Positions 49,376-57,808 of a stretch of 64,000 bases of DNA are shown here, in pieces. This DNA comes from Chloroflexota bacterium (lineage in GTDB: Bacteria; Chloroflexota; Anaerolineae; DTLA01). The DNA lies in the NCBI GenBank assembly GCA_014874485.1, contig JADBJK010000059.1:20112-84111 (forward strand). The letters run 5' to 3'. Below the pieces are notes generated by a model. It was not told the origin of the DNA, did no database searches, and was given only the letters and a program-made list of their open reading frames with translations. The stretch's first letter is position 1, and each line of letters begins with the position of its first letter. Made by a program: the position numbers and the translations under genes.

Positions 49376-49404
49376 AGTATAGCGCAGTGGCCGACATGTG
49401 TCAA
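49376..49404 (-). promoter_or_regulatory. Promoter of the four-tRNA operon
   Basis: On the minus strand: TTGACA (49404..49399), 17-bp spacer, TATACT (49381..49376), about 35 nt upstream of tRNA-Ser(UGA). Confidence 0.65.
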
Positions 49405-49435
49405 ACGCGCCCCGCGCTGGTAGCCACGCCATCAT

Positions 49436-49559
49436 CACTGAACGGCGAAGGGCGAAGAATCTCGCCAACCGAGATGCTTCGCTCGCGACGATGTGAGAAG
49501 GCACGTGCGACGCACCTCGGAGGTGCGTCGCACGTGGGGATGGCTCGCTCGCAATGACA
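49436..49559. repeat. Family H1 modules plus 35-bp palindrome
   Basis: Contains a perfect copy of cacgtgcgacgcacctcggaggtgcgtcgcacgtg at 49502..49536, flanked by gagatgcttcgctcgc and ctcgctcgcaatgaca. Confidence 0.85.
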
Positions 49560-49623
49560 ACGGGCGATTCTCTCCGTGGTCAAGCCCTAGCCGCCGCTCG
49601 CCGTCCTTGCATGCAGCGAAACT

Positions 49624-49651
49624 TTGCATTCTTGCATATTCATGATATAAT
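49624..49651 (+). promoter_or_regulatory. Candidate promoter of the 49701 lipoprotein gene
   Basis: TTGCAT (49624..49629), 16-bp spacer, TATAAT (49646..49651), in a local AT-rich patch. Confidence 0.5.
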
Positions 49652-49700
49652 TATGCACGCACAACCCACCACCGCACCTTGACACTCGGGAGGAAGATCC

Positions 49701-50417
49701 TTGGGATACCGCATCGGGTTGGTTGTCCTAGGGTGCGCTGTGGTGCTTTGCGGATGTGCCAGCCCAACGCCGACGGCGTTGCCTTCACCGACGCCGACAG
49801 TAGCACCCCGGCCAACCGTGCTCGCGGACGTATTCGGGCCGTTCTTCAGTTCATCCGAGGCCCCCGATGAGACCTGTGCGCGACAAACCGAGTCCTGGAG
49901 CAACGACTCGGGCCGATGGGTTACCGGCCCCCGTTACTGCACCTATTGGCCGTCGGACACGCGAGAGCCGGAGGCATTCTCCCTCTGCGTCGGCGAGTGG
50001 GCCGACGTGATCGTGGAGGCCAATCTCCGCTATTACACGAGGCCGTCGCGCGTGGGCATTGTCGTGAGAGCGAGAAATCCCAACGACGCGTATGTCTTCG
50101 TGGTCTCGCAGACCGACGAGCAGCAGTGCTATTGGCAGATACGGAGCGGCGGGGAAGGTGCAGACACGCAAGCGCCCGAGCGTTGGAGCGCGCCGATTGA
50201 CCCGCGCCCGCTGGCCCTGCCGCGCGGTGACGGGACACAGGTCATCGTGGCGCGGGTTCGGGTGGAGGCGGTGGGGTCGCGGCTGGTCGGCTATGTCAAC
50301 GCCCTGGAAGCCAGCGTCCTGGACAACGCGCCTGTCCGGCCTGGGCGAATTGGCCTGTACATGCGGAGCGATGGCACCGAGCAGTCCTGGGCCGACGTGA
50401 TCATCCGCACGCCGTAG
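49701..50417 (+). CDS. Hypothetical lipoprotein, possibly concanavalin/LamG-like beta-sandwich
   Basis: TTG start after GGGAGGAAG. Signal and lipobox (GLVVLGCAVVLCGC), then a Pro/Thr linker. The later pattern (VGIVVRARNPNDAYVFVV...RVRVEAVGSRLVGYVN...GRIGLYM) suggests a jelly-roll fold. The fold assignment is tentative. Confidence 0.55.
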   Translation: MGYRIGLVVLGCAVVLCGCASPTPTALPSPTPTVAPRPTVLADVFGPFFSSSEAPDETCARQTESWSNDSGRWVTGPRYCTYWPSDTREPEAFSLCVGEWADVIVEANLRYYTRPSRVGIVVRARNPNDAYVFVVSQTDEQQCYWQIRSGGEGADTQAPERWSAPIDPRPLALPRGDGTQVIVARVRVEAVGSRLVGYVNALEASVLDNAPVRPGRIGLYMRSDGTEQSWADVIIRTP

Positions 50418-50450
50418 TCGGGTCGCTTATCATGGGGGAGTTAGGGCAGG

Positions 50451-53400
50451 ATGGATGTGCCCCCGGTACATGTGTTGCTGATAGACGATGACCCCGAGGA
50501 CCGCAGCGCGTTTCTGGGCGAATTGGCGCGAGAATTTCCCGCCCTGCGGACCACCGAGGTCGGCGACGAGGCGGCGTTCCAGGCCGCGCTGCGTGGGGCG
50601 CGCGCCGACCTCGTCATCACCAAGGACCAAACGGCCTGGGCCACGGCCCCCGAGATTTTTCGCAAAGCCCGCGAGCAATGGCCCGAAGTTCCCATCATCC
50701 TCTTCACCGTTGAGGGAAAGGCGGCAGATAACCCGAGCGAACTTCGCAGACTTGCCGTTGCCGCCCGCACCGCTTTGGAAAGCAGTCGGGATCGGCAGCA
50801 AGCCCTTGCGCTAGAACGTCGCTACCGCCTGTTGGTGGACACGGTGCCCGCCGTCATCTACATCGCCGGCCCCGAACTGAGCCTGCGCTACGTTAGCCCG
50901 TATGCGCAGCAGATGCTTGGCTTCAACCCCGAAGAACTCCTGGGCAAGAACCCTTTTGACCTCGCCCCGCGCGAGGAAAGAGTCAACCTCGTTCGCAGGC
51001 TGCGCACCGCGCTGCGCACACGCGCGCCCTTCGTCCTGGAGCATCGGCTGATCGCAGCGGACGGTTCGGAGCGGTGGGTGCGCAACCTGGGCACCGTCCT
51101 GGAAAGCCCGGAGTTTCAGCAACCCGTGATTCAGGGCATGGTGCTGGACATTACGGATGCCGTCCTCGCGAACCGTCGGCAGATGGCCATCTCTGAGATC
51201 AGCCGGCGAATCGCCGAACTCCTGCCCGGTGAGCGCCTACAGGGTGCGTTGTCCACGCTGAAGCAGTACATCCCGTTCTCCACCGGCGTCCTGGGCGTGT
51301 GGCCGGTGGGCCACGTGGCGCACGCTCCCGAAGGGGACCCGGCAACGGCACGCCGCCTGGAGGCCGCCGCTGCTGTATACGGCCCGAAGATGGAACGCAT
51401 CCCGCCGGACAGTGCGCTGGGCCTGGCCTTCTCGCTGCGGGCGCCGGTCGTGCAGAACGATACCCTCACCAATGCCTACGCCGAGGACGCGGTGATGGCC
51501 GAGCAGGGCGTCCGCAGCATCCTCGCCTACCCGCTCCTCTTGCGCGACGACTTGCGCGTAGCGTGGATCTTGCTGGCGGACAAGCCCAATGCCTTCCGCG
51601 ACAGCCAACTGGACCTCCTGGACCAGGTCAGCCCTGTGTTCGCGGCGGGCGTGGAGTCATACCTCCACTGGCGCGCCCTACAAGAACTGAACGCCTCGCT
51701 GGAGACGCAGGTGCAGGAACGCACGGCAGAGATTCAGGCGCTTTACGAACTCTCCCAACGCCTAGGCTACAGCCTGCGGCCCGAGGACCTTTTCGCCACC
51801 ATTGCCGAGTTCCTGTTGGCCATACGCGGCGTGGACGTGGCCGCGGTAGCCGCTCCGCAAATGCGCGAGGGGCTGCCCATCGTGGCGGTGCACACACGGC
51901 GCCCCCTCACCGACTCCCTGGCGCTGCCGTTGATGGAAGAGACGGGCCGCCAATTGGGTGGGCGGTTTGCCAACGGCGAGAAAGCCACCAACCTCCGACA
52001 CCGCGTTTCCATGAGCGTAAAGGACCCCGATGCCCCGCCGCTGGAGCGGTTGGGGAGTATCCTCGTGGAACCGCTGGATGTGGCGGACGTGCGGCTCGGC
52101 GGCCTTGCCATCGCGTGCGAAGCCGAGAGCGCCCTGGGCGACGATCAGCGCCGACTGCTGCGGGCGACGGCGAGCCTGCTGGCCCATGCGTTGCAGCGAA
52201 GCCACGCCCTGGCCCAGGCCGAGCGCGCCCGCACGATGGAAGCCCTGGACGCCATGCAGGAGGGCGTCATCCTGCTGGACTCTCAAGATTGCCTGGTGGC
52301 GGCGAACCCGTCGGCGCGCAGACTCCTGCCGCTGCTGGGCATCTCGGATTTGCGAGAGGGGGACGCCCTGCGCGAACTGTGCGGCTTCACGCTGGACGAC
52401 CTACGCGCCCGCACCCGCGAGGCCGGGCCATCCGAATGCACCATCGGCGAGGGGCAGCCCCGGTTGGTGGTGCAGATGTCCGCCGTGTCCTACACCACCC
52501 CGACAGGCGCCGCAGGTACGGTGCTAACCCTGCACGACATCACCGAGCAGAATCAGGCCCGCGTGCGGATGGAGCAACAGGCGCGGCTGGCGGCACTCGG
52601 GCAACTGGCCGGTGGCATCGCCCACGACTTCAATAACATCCTGACCACCCTCATCGGGCTGGCGCAACTCAACCTGGGCGCGCCCAACCTCTCGCCCGAA
52701 CTCCGCGCCGACCTGGAGCAAATTGTGCAGCAAGGGCAGCGGGCGGCGCGTCTGGTGCAGCAGATTCTGGACTTCGGGCGGCGCTCCATGTCCCAGAAGG
52801 CCATGCTGCGGCTGGACACCTTCCTGCGCGACCTGATCCGGCTTCTGCGCCGCACCATCCCCGAGACCATCGCCATCCAGACGGACTTCCCGCCTGAGGA
52901 CTTCACCATCTTTGCCGACAGCACCCAAATCCAGCAACTCGTCATGAACCTGGTCTCCAACTCGTGCGACGCGATGCCCGAAGGTGGCCTGTTGACCTTC
53001 AGCCTGCGACGCATCGCCACGGACGCGGCGCTGCTGGCCCGCTACCCGATGATGCGCCCCGGCCAGTACGTGCACCTGCGGGTGGACGACACCGGCCACG
53101 GGATGCCGGCCGATGTGCTGGCTCATGCCTTTGAGCCGTTCTTCACCACCAAAGGCGTGGGCAAGGGCACCGGCCTTGGGTTGGCCCAAGCCTACGGCAT
53201 CGTCAAACAGCACGATGGGTACATCTTCCTGGAAAGCCAGGTGGGAGTGGGCACCCAAGCACACATCTATTTCCCCGCACAGCACGAGCAGACCGAGCGG
53301 CCCGCTATCGTGGCAGAGGTTGCCCGCCTCGGCGCGGGCCAGACCGTGCTGGTGGTGGAGGATGAGGAGATGGTGCGCGAACTGATGGAGCGCATGCTGG

Positions 53401-53735
53401 GGCGGCTGGGGTACCGCGCGATCCTCGCCCGCAATGGGGCCGAGGCGCTCCGCATCTACAAGGCCCATGCGGACGAAATCATCGCGGTCGTGGCCGATAT
53501 GGTCATGCCGCGCATGGGCGGGCTGGAACTGTTTGAGCGGCTGCGCGAAATCACCCCTTCGCTGCCGGTGATTCTCACTACCGGCTATGCCGACAGCGAC
53601 GACGTGGCCCGCCTGCGCAAGCAGGGGCTCTATGCCGTGCTGGAAAAACCCTTCCGCATGCAGGAACTGGCCGAACTTCTGAAGGGGATATGGGAAAAGC
53701 CGAATGACGCCCAGGCGCAGGCCCCGCGCCCCTAG
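50451..53735 (+). CDS. Hybrid sensor histidine kinase (REC-like, PAS, GAF, PAS, HisKA, HATPase_c, REC)
   Basis: 1094 aa. N-terminal receiver-like VLLIDDDPEDR. H-box LAGGIAHDFNNIL. G-boxes DTGHGMP and GTGLGLAQAYGIV. C-terminal receiver VLVVEDEEMVRE...VADMVMPRMGG. Confidence 0.85.
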   Translation: MDVPPVHVLLIDDDPEDRSAFLGELAREFPALRTTEVGDEAAFQAALRGARADLVITKDQTAWATAPEIFRKAREQWPEVPIILFTVEGKAADNPSELRRLAVAARTALESSRDRQQALALERRYRLLVDTVPAVIYIAGPELSLRYVSPYAQQMLGFNPEELLGKNPFDLAPREERVNLVRRLRTALRTRAPFVLEHRLIAADGSERWVRNLGTVLESPEFQQPVIQGMVLDITDAVLANRRQMAISEISRRIAELLPGERLQGALSTLKQYIPFSTGVLGVWPVGHVAHAPEGDPATARRLEAAAAVYGPKMERIPPDSALGLAFSLRAPVVQNDTLTNAYAEDAVMAEQGVRSILAYPLLLRDDLRVAWILLADKPNAFRDSQLDLLDQVSPVFAAGVESYLHWRALQELNASLETQVQERTAEIQALYELSQRLGYSLRPEDLFATIAEFLLAIRGVDVAAVAAPQMREGLPIVAVHTRRPLTDSLALPLMEETGRQLGGRFANGEKATNLRHRVSMSVKDPDAPPLERLGSILVEPLDVADVRLGGLAIACEAESALGDDQRRLLRATASLLAHALQRSHALAQAERARTMEALDAMQEGVILLDSQDCLVAANPSARRLLPLLGISDLREGDALRELCGFTLDDLRARTREAGPSECTIGEGQPRLVVQMSAVSYTTPTGAAGTVLTLHDITEQNQARVRMEQQARLAALGQLAGGIAHDFNNILTTLIGLAQLNLGAPNLSPELRADLEQIVQQGQRAARLVQQILDFGRRSMSQKAMLRLDTFLRDLIRLLRRTIPETIAIQTDFPPEDFTIFADSTQIQQLVMNLVSNSCDAMPEGGLLTFSLRRIATDAALLARYPMMRPGQYVHLRVDDTGHGMPADVLAHAFEPFFTTKGVGKGTGLGLAQAYGIVKQHDGYIFLESQVGVGTQAHIYFPAQHEQTERPAIVAEVARLGAGQTVLVVEDEEMVRELMERMLGRLGYRAILARNGAEALRIYKAHADEIIAVVADMVMPRMGGLELFERLREITPSLPVILTTGYADSDDVARLRKQGLYAVLEKPFRMQELAELLKGIWEKPNDAQAQAPRP

Positions 53736-53763
53736 TACTTGACCTCAGGAAAAAACTGCCCGT

Positions 53764-53886
53764 TGTCGTTGCGAGCGAAGCCATCCCCACGTGCGACGCA
53801 CGTGCCTTCTCACGTCATTGCGAGCGAAGCGAAGCAATCTCACGCTCGGAGATTGCTTCGGGCTCTGCGCACCCTCGCAATGACAA
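53764..53886. repeat. Family H1 hairpin repeat cluster
   Basis: tgtcgttgcgagcgaagccatccccacgtgcgacgcacgtgcc...gtcattgcgagcgaagcgaagcaatctcacgctcggagattgcttcgggctctgcgcaccctcgcaatgaca. Confidence 0.85.
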
Positions 53887-53907
53887 ACTATCAAGAATCC
53901 CTGTGGT

Positions 53908-54990
53908 CTAGACGTTGAACCGGATATTCAGGATGTCGCCATCCTGAACCACGTAATCGCGCCCCTGGAGCCGCACCAACCCACGCTGCTTGGCCTCGGC
54001 CAGGGAGCCGGCGGCGATGAGGTCGTCGTAGGCCACCACCTCCGCGCGGATGAAGCCGCGCGCCAGGTCCGTGTGGATGGCCGCCGCAGCCTGCACCGCT
54101 GTGTCGCCCTTGCGGATGGTCCAGGCCCGCACCTCGTCCTCGCCCACGGTGAAGAAGGACTGCAAGCCGAGCAGGTCGTAGGACAGGCGAATCATCCGGC
54201 GCAAACTCGGCTCGGAGATGCCGTATTCGGTCAGGAACAGTTCGGCGGCCTCGGGGTCCAACTGGGCAATTTCCTTTTCCAGCGCGCCGCGCAGGGCGAT
54301 GACTGCCGAGCGACGATGCGGGTACGTGAGAATCGCCGAGGGGTCGGCCGGTCCGTCGTCGCCGACGTTCAGGACGACCAGCACCGGCTTCAGGGTCAGG
54401 AGCGCAAACCCACGCACCAGCCGCTCCTCCTCGGGCGTAAGGTCCAAATCCCGCAGGGGAATCTCGCTCTCCAGGGCGGCCTTGAACCGCTCCATGAGCG
54501 CCATTTCCGCGCGGGCAGCCTCGCCGACAGGGCCACTCCGCCGCGCGTCCTTCTCCAGGCGTTCCAGGCGGCGCTCCACGACGCCCAAATCGGACAGGAT
54601 GAGTTCCACGTCCAGGTCGTGCAGGTCGCGGACGGGGTCCACCTTGCCCCGCGCATGGGGCACGGACTCGTCCTCAAAGGCGCGCACCACGTGGAGCAGC
54701 GCATCGTTGGCCGCGATGGCGTTGAGCAGGGGGCCGGAGAACCCGCCCGCCTTGCCCGCGCCGGGCACCAGCCCCGCGATGTCGTTGTACTGCACGCGGG
54801 CGCGCGTAACCTTGCGCGGGCGGAACATGGCCGCAAGGCGGTCCACGCGCGGGTCGGGCACTTCTACCACCGCCGAGTGAATCTCAAACTGCCCCGACGA
54901 GAACGGCGTGGTCTCCACGTCCTCGCGGGTGAGCGCGTCAAAGATGGTCGTCTTGGAACTGTTGGGCAGGCCGATGATGCCGATCTGCAT
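53908..54990 (-). CDS. ychF: Ribosome-binding ATPase YchF (Obg-like GTPase family)
   Basis: MQIGIIGLPNSSKTTIFDALT (P-loop variant), NDIAGLVPGAGKAGG, and a C-terminal TGS/YchF domain (FFTVGEDEVRAWTIRKGDTAVQAAAAIHTDLARGFIRAEV). The 97 upstream codons of ORF 53908..55281 are repeat DNA. Confidence 0.9.
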   Translation of the reverse strand: MQIGIIGLPNSSKTTIFDALTREDVETTPFSSGQFEIHSAVVEVPDPRVDRLAAMFRPRKVTRARVQYNDIAGLVPGAGKAGGFSGPLLNAIAANDALLHVVRAFEDESVPHARGKVDPVRDLHDLDVELILSDLGVVERRLERLEKDARRSGPVGEAARAEMALMERFKAALESEIPLRDLDLTPEEERLVRGFALLTLKPVLVVLNVGDDGPADPSAILTYPHRRSAVIALRGALEKEIAQLDPEAAELFLTEYGISEPSLRRMIRLSYDLLGLQSFFTVGEDEVRAWTIRKGDTAVQAAAAIHTDLARGFIRAEVVAYDDLIAAGSLAEAKQRGLVRLQGRDYVVQDGDILNIRFNV

Positions 54991-55128
54991 AGAGCCGAAC
55001 TCCTTGTTGGAAACCCGCACGTTGCGGGCAAGAGATAAGCGGCGCAAGCGCCGCCTGGCGTATTGTACCACGCCCGCGGCAGGATTCAAAAACCGGTAGT
55101 ACTCTTCCACAGGGATGCTTGAAGGTGT

Positions 55129-55279
55129 GTCATTGCGAGCGAAGCGAAGCAATCGCACGCGCAGGGGATTGCTTCGGGGCTTCGCCCCTCGCAATGACAA
55201 CTTCTGCCTGTCATTGCGAGCGAAGCGAAGCAATCGCACGCGCAGGGGATTGCTTCGGGGCTTCGCCCCTCGCAATGAC
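55129..55279. repeat. Two identical tandem 70-bp hairpin units (period 81 bp), family H1
   Basis: gtcattgcgagcgaagcgaagcaatcgcacgcgcaggggattgcttcggggcttcgcccctcgcaatgac lies at 55129..55198 and again at 55210..55279. Each unit is an imperfect long hairpin. Confidence 0.9.
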
Positions 55280-55312
55280 AACGGACGATTTTCTCTGTGG
55301 TCCCGGTAGTAG

Positions 55313-55341
55313 TTGACTTTTTTGCTGACCTATGGTAATAT
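55313..55341 (+). promoter_or_regulatory. Candidate promoter
   Basis: TTGACT (55313..55318), 17-bp spacer, TAATAT (55336..55341). About 160 nt upstream of the ATG at 55504. Confidence 0.5.
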
Positions 55342-55409
55342 ACGGGCGCGGTTGGAAGGCTTTCGGGCCGGCCATGCGAACGCATCGGCCCACACAGGGG
55401 AGTGAGGAG

Positions 55410-55440
55410 GGCGTGAGGATGATCCTTGCGCCTTTTGTTT
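55410..55440 (+). terminator. Intrinsic terminator/attenuator-like hairpin inside the leader
   Basis: A 9-bp stem GGCGUGAGG / CCUUGCGCC (two G:U pairs) with a 5-nt loop AUGAU, followed by UUUUGUUU. Confidence 0.45.
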
Positions 55441-55503
55441 GCCGAGCCGGTAGGCAGCCGGCTCGTAGTTGGGAAACGACTTTCGCTGCAGAGGTGTAGA
55501 TAG

Positions 55504-55851
55504 ATGAATCGGACAACAGAACTGTTCTTCCCGCATCGGCTGGTGGGGCAGTTGCGCGACATTGCGGGGCCCCAGTGGCAGGCGCTGGTGGACCGCGTCG
55601 CGGCGCTCCCGCCCACGCACGAGGATAGCCTGGCGCTGACGCTGATGATCATCCGCGCGGCGGGCTGTGTCGGCTGCGAGGCGGGGAGTTACCGCGCGGG
55701 GCTGGGGTGCGTGGTCTGCGCCCAGCGCGCCATCCGGGCCATGAACGCGACCGACGCCGCCCTCGTCCGGCGGTTCAAGCGCGCCCAGGCCGAGGTGCAC
55801 AAGTTCCTGGAAGAGACGCAACAGGCGCAGGCGAACGACAAAGCCGCCTAG
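55504..55851 (+). CDS. Hypothetical Cys-rich protein (115 aa)
   Basis: Contains CVGCEAGSYRAGLGCVVC (CxxC-x10-CxxC). No family recognised. Followed by a terminator. Confidence 0.45.
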   Translation: MNRTTELFFPHRLVGQLRDIAGPQWQALVDRVAALPPTHEDSLALTLMIIRAAGCVGCEAGSYRAGLGCVVCAQRAIRAMNATDAALVRRFKRAQAEVHKFLEETQQAQANDKAA

Positions 55852-55879
55852 CGCAACGAACACACCAGGGGAACAAGAG

Positions 55880-55914
55880 GGAAGCGGGATTCATGCCCCG
55901 CTTCCTTTTTGTTT
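55880..55914 (+). terminator. Intrinsic terminator
   Basis: GGAAGCGGG-attcatgc-CCCGCTTCC followed by TTTTTGTTT. Abuts the stop of the convergent corC-like gene. Confidence 0.65.
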
Positions 55915-57247
55915 ACCGTGCGTCGGGCAGCGTGATTTCAATCTCCTCCAACCGCGCCCCCCGACGCCGCGTAACGCGCAGCCGTACCCCTTTCCACTCG
56001 TAGGTCTCCCCTTCCTCGGGGATCTTCTGCATCCGCGTCATCAGAAAGCCCGCCACGGTCTCGTACAGGTCGCTCTCGGGCAGCGACAGCCCCAGGATTT
56101 CGTTCACCTCGTCCACGCGCAGTTGGGCGTCCACCCGCACGGTGTGCGCGTCCACCCGCCGAATGGCCGGGCGCACCGTCGCCACCTCGTCGCTGAGTTG
56201 CCCCACGATTTCCTCCACCAGTTCCTCCAGGGTTACCAGCCCCGCCGTCCCGCCATACTCATCCAGGACAATGGCCATCTGTACCTGCTTGCTCCGCATC
56301 TCGGCGAACAGTTCGCTCACCAGTTTGGTCTCCGGCACCACCAGCGGCGGCGTGCGCATGATTTCCTTCACGGGCCTGTCCAGGACATCCGGCGAGCGCG
56401 CCATGGACAGGAGGACATCCTTCACCGAGAGAAAGCCCACGATGTTGTCCAGGTCGCCCTTGTACACGGGGAAGCGGGCATGCTTGGACTCGGCGAACTG
56501 ATCCAGGAACTCGCGCATGGTCTGCTCCTGCTCCAGCGCCACGATCTGATTGCGGGGAATCATCACCTCGTGCACACGGCGGTCGCGCAGTTCAAACACG
56601 TTCTGCAACATGGCCCGCTCGGTCTCGCGGACGGCGCCCTCCTTGCCCCCGATGTCAATCAACATGCGCAACTCGTCGGTGGTAACGATGGGGGGCTGGT
56701 GGTCGCGCGGCCCGCTCAGCAGGCGCACCAGGGCATTGGTAACGCGGGTCAGGAGCCACACCGGCGCTGTCATGACCTTGATGGCGATCTCAATCAGGCG
56801 GCCCTCTATCAGCGCCATGCGCTCGGCGTTGGCGGCGGCGAAGGTCTTGGGGGTGATCTCGCCGAAGGTTACCAGGACGATGGTCATGATAATCGTAGCG
56901 ACGTACTGGCCGCCCTCTCCGAACAGGCGCAGCGCCAGGGCCGTGCCCACCGACGATGCCAGGATGATGAAGGCGTTCTCGGTCAGCAGAATCGTGGCGA
57001 ACAGCCGGTCGTGATTGGCCACGACTCGCAGCGCCGCCTGGGCCCCTCGGTTGCCCTTGTCGGCCAGGCTGCGCAGCCGAAGCTTGCTGACCGAGATCAG
57101 CGCCGCCTCGGAACTGGAGAAGAAGGCCACGCAGACCACGCTCACCAGCAGGATGGCGATCTGCAGCCCGATGTTGGAACCTCCCACAGGAACTGTTGCT
57201 TCCACTCTAACCCTACTCCGTTTCTCTCCAACTGCTGTCTCAATCAT
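55913..57247 (-). CDS. HlyC/CorC-family transporter (DUF21 + CBS pair + CorC_HlyC domain)
   Basis: Start MIETAV at 57247. Upstream codons of ORF 55913..57445 lie in MITE copy d. Contains FFSSSEAALISVSKLRL (DUF21), CBS region VHEVMIPRNQIVAL...FPVYKGDLDNIVGFLSVKDVL, and C-terminal GLVTLEELVEEIVG. Confidence 0.85.
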   Translation of the reverse strand: MIETAVGEKRSRVRVEATVPVGGSNIGLQIAILLVSVVCVAFFSSSEAALISVSKLRLRSLADKGNRGAQAALRVVANHDRLFATILLTENAFIILASSVGTALALRLFGEGGQYVATIIMTIVLVTFGEITPKTFAAANAERMALIEGRLIEIAIKVMTAPVWLLTRVTNALVRLLSGPRDHQPPIVTTDELRMLIDIGGKEGAVRETERAMLQNVFELRDRRVHEVMIPRNQIVALEQEQTMREFLDQFAESKHARFPVYKGDLDNIVGFLSVKDVLLSMARSPDVLDRPVKEIMRTPPLVVPETKLVSELFAEMRSKQVQMAIVLDEYGGTAGLVTLEELVEEIVGQLSDEVATVRPAIRRVDAHTVRVDAQLRVDEVNEILGLSLPESDLYETVAGFLMTRMQKIPEEGETYEWKGVRLRVTRRRGARLEEIEITLPDAR

Positions 57248-57297
57248 CCCAAGTATACAATGAAAGCGCCCGTGCCGCCATTCGCGTTCGTTCGCGC

Positions 57298-57560
57298 GGT
57301 GCATTTCCATTTTGGGGCGAAAACGACGAATGTCGTTAGGTTGTCGCGCAGAATCTGCCTCACCTATCCCCACCCCGGCCCTCCCCTTTCCTCTCCGCGG
57401 GCGGAGAGGAAAGGGGAGGGTGTGGGAGGGGTTAGGTGAGGTCAAGCAGCCCCTTCGCTGTACGTCGGGCGGCGAAAGTGGATTTCGTTGGTGGGGAGCG
57501 GCTCACGGCCTGCTCCGACGTGCCCATTGCTGCAGGCTTGCCCCAAACTGAAATGCACCC
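57298..57560. mobile_element. MITE-like element, copy d (263 bp)
   Basis: TIRs GGTGCATTTCCATTTTGGGGC ... GCCCCAAACTGAAATGCACC. TTCGCGCG occurs on both flanks (TSD, with 2 extra nt on the right). About 97% identical to copy a by eye. Its left end is 51 nt upstream of the corC-like start codon. Confidence 0.85.
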
Positions 57561-57589
57561 CATTCGCGCGGATTCACGGTGTCTCCCAT

Positions 57590-57700
57590 TTGTCATGCTT
57601 CGCTTCGCTCGGCATCTCGGTTGGCGAGATTCTTCGCGGCTTCGCCGCTCAGAATGACGGTAAGGCGAAGCATCTCGGTCGCCGAGGTTCTGCGCGCCTG
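57590..57700. repeat. Family H1 repeat modules
   Basis: tgtcatgcttcgcttcgctcggcatctcggttggcgagattcttcgcggcttcgccgctcagaatgac, followed by a partial module. Confidence 0.8.
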
Positions 57701-57808
57701 CGACGGGCAGGGCGTTTTCGCCAGCGGGGCCACATGTGGTAAAATCGCACGCGACGCCCCCGCGGGCGTGCCTGACACAACATCGCGGATTCGGAGCGAG
57801 GTGGCCCT

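Noticed and set aside
50451-50800. N-terminal receiver of the hybrid kinase as a functional phospho-acceptor
   Set aside because: The expected acidic pocket and the Asp phospho-acceptor context (DLVITKDQ) look atypical. I cannot decide between a true receiver and a pseudo-receiver without an alignment, so no claim is made.
54991-55281. N-terminal extensions of ychF (to 55281), the ECF sigma gene (to 45063), the corC-like gene (to 57445), the 46497 gene (from 46386) and the 7TM regulator (from 33675)
   Set aside because: The extensions consist of translated repeat or MITE DNA (for example LRFARNDRQKLSLRGAKPRSNPL appears twice) or overlap the upstream gene. Internal starts with good RBSs give canonical N-termini.
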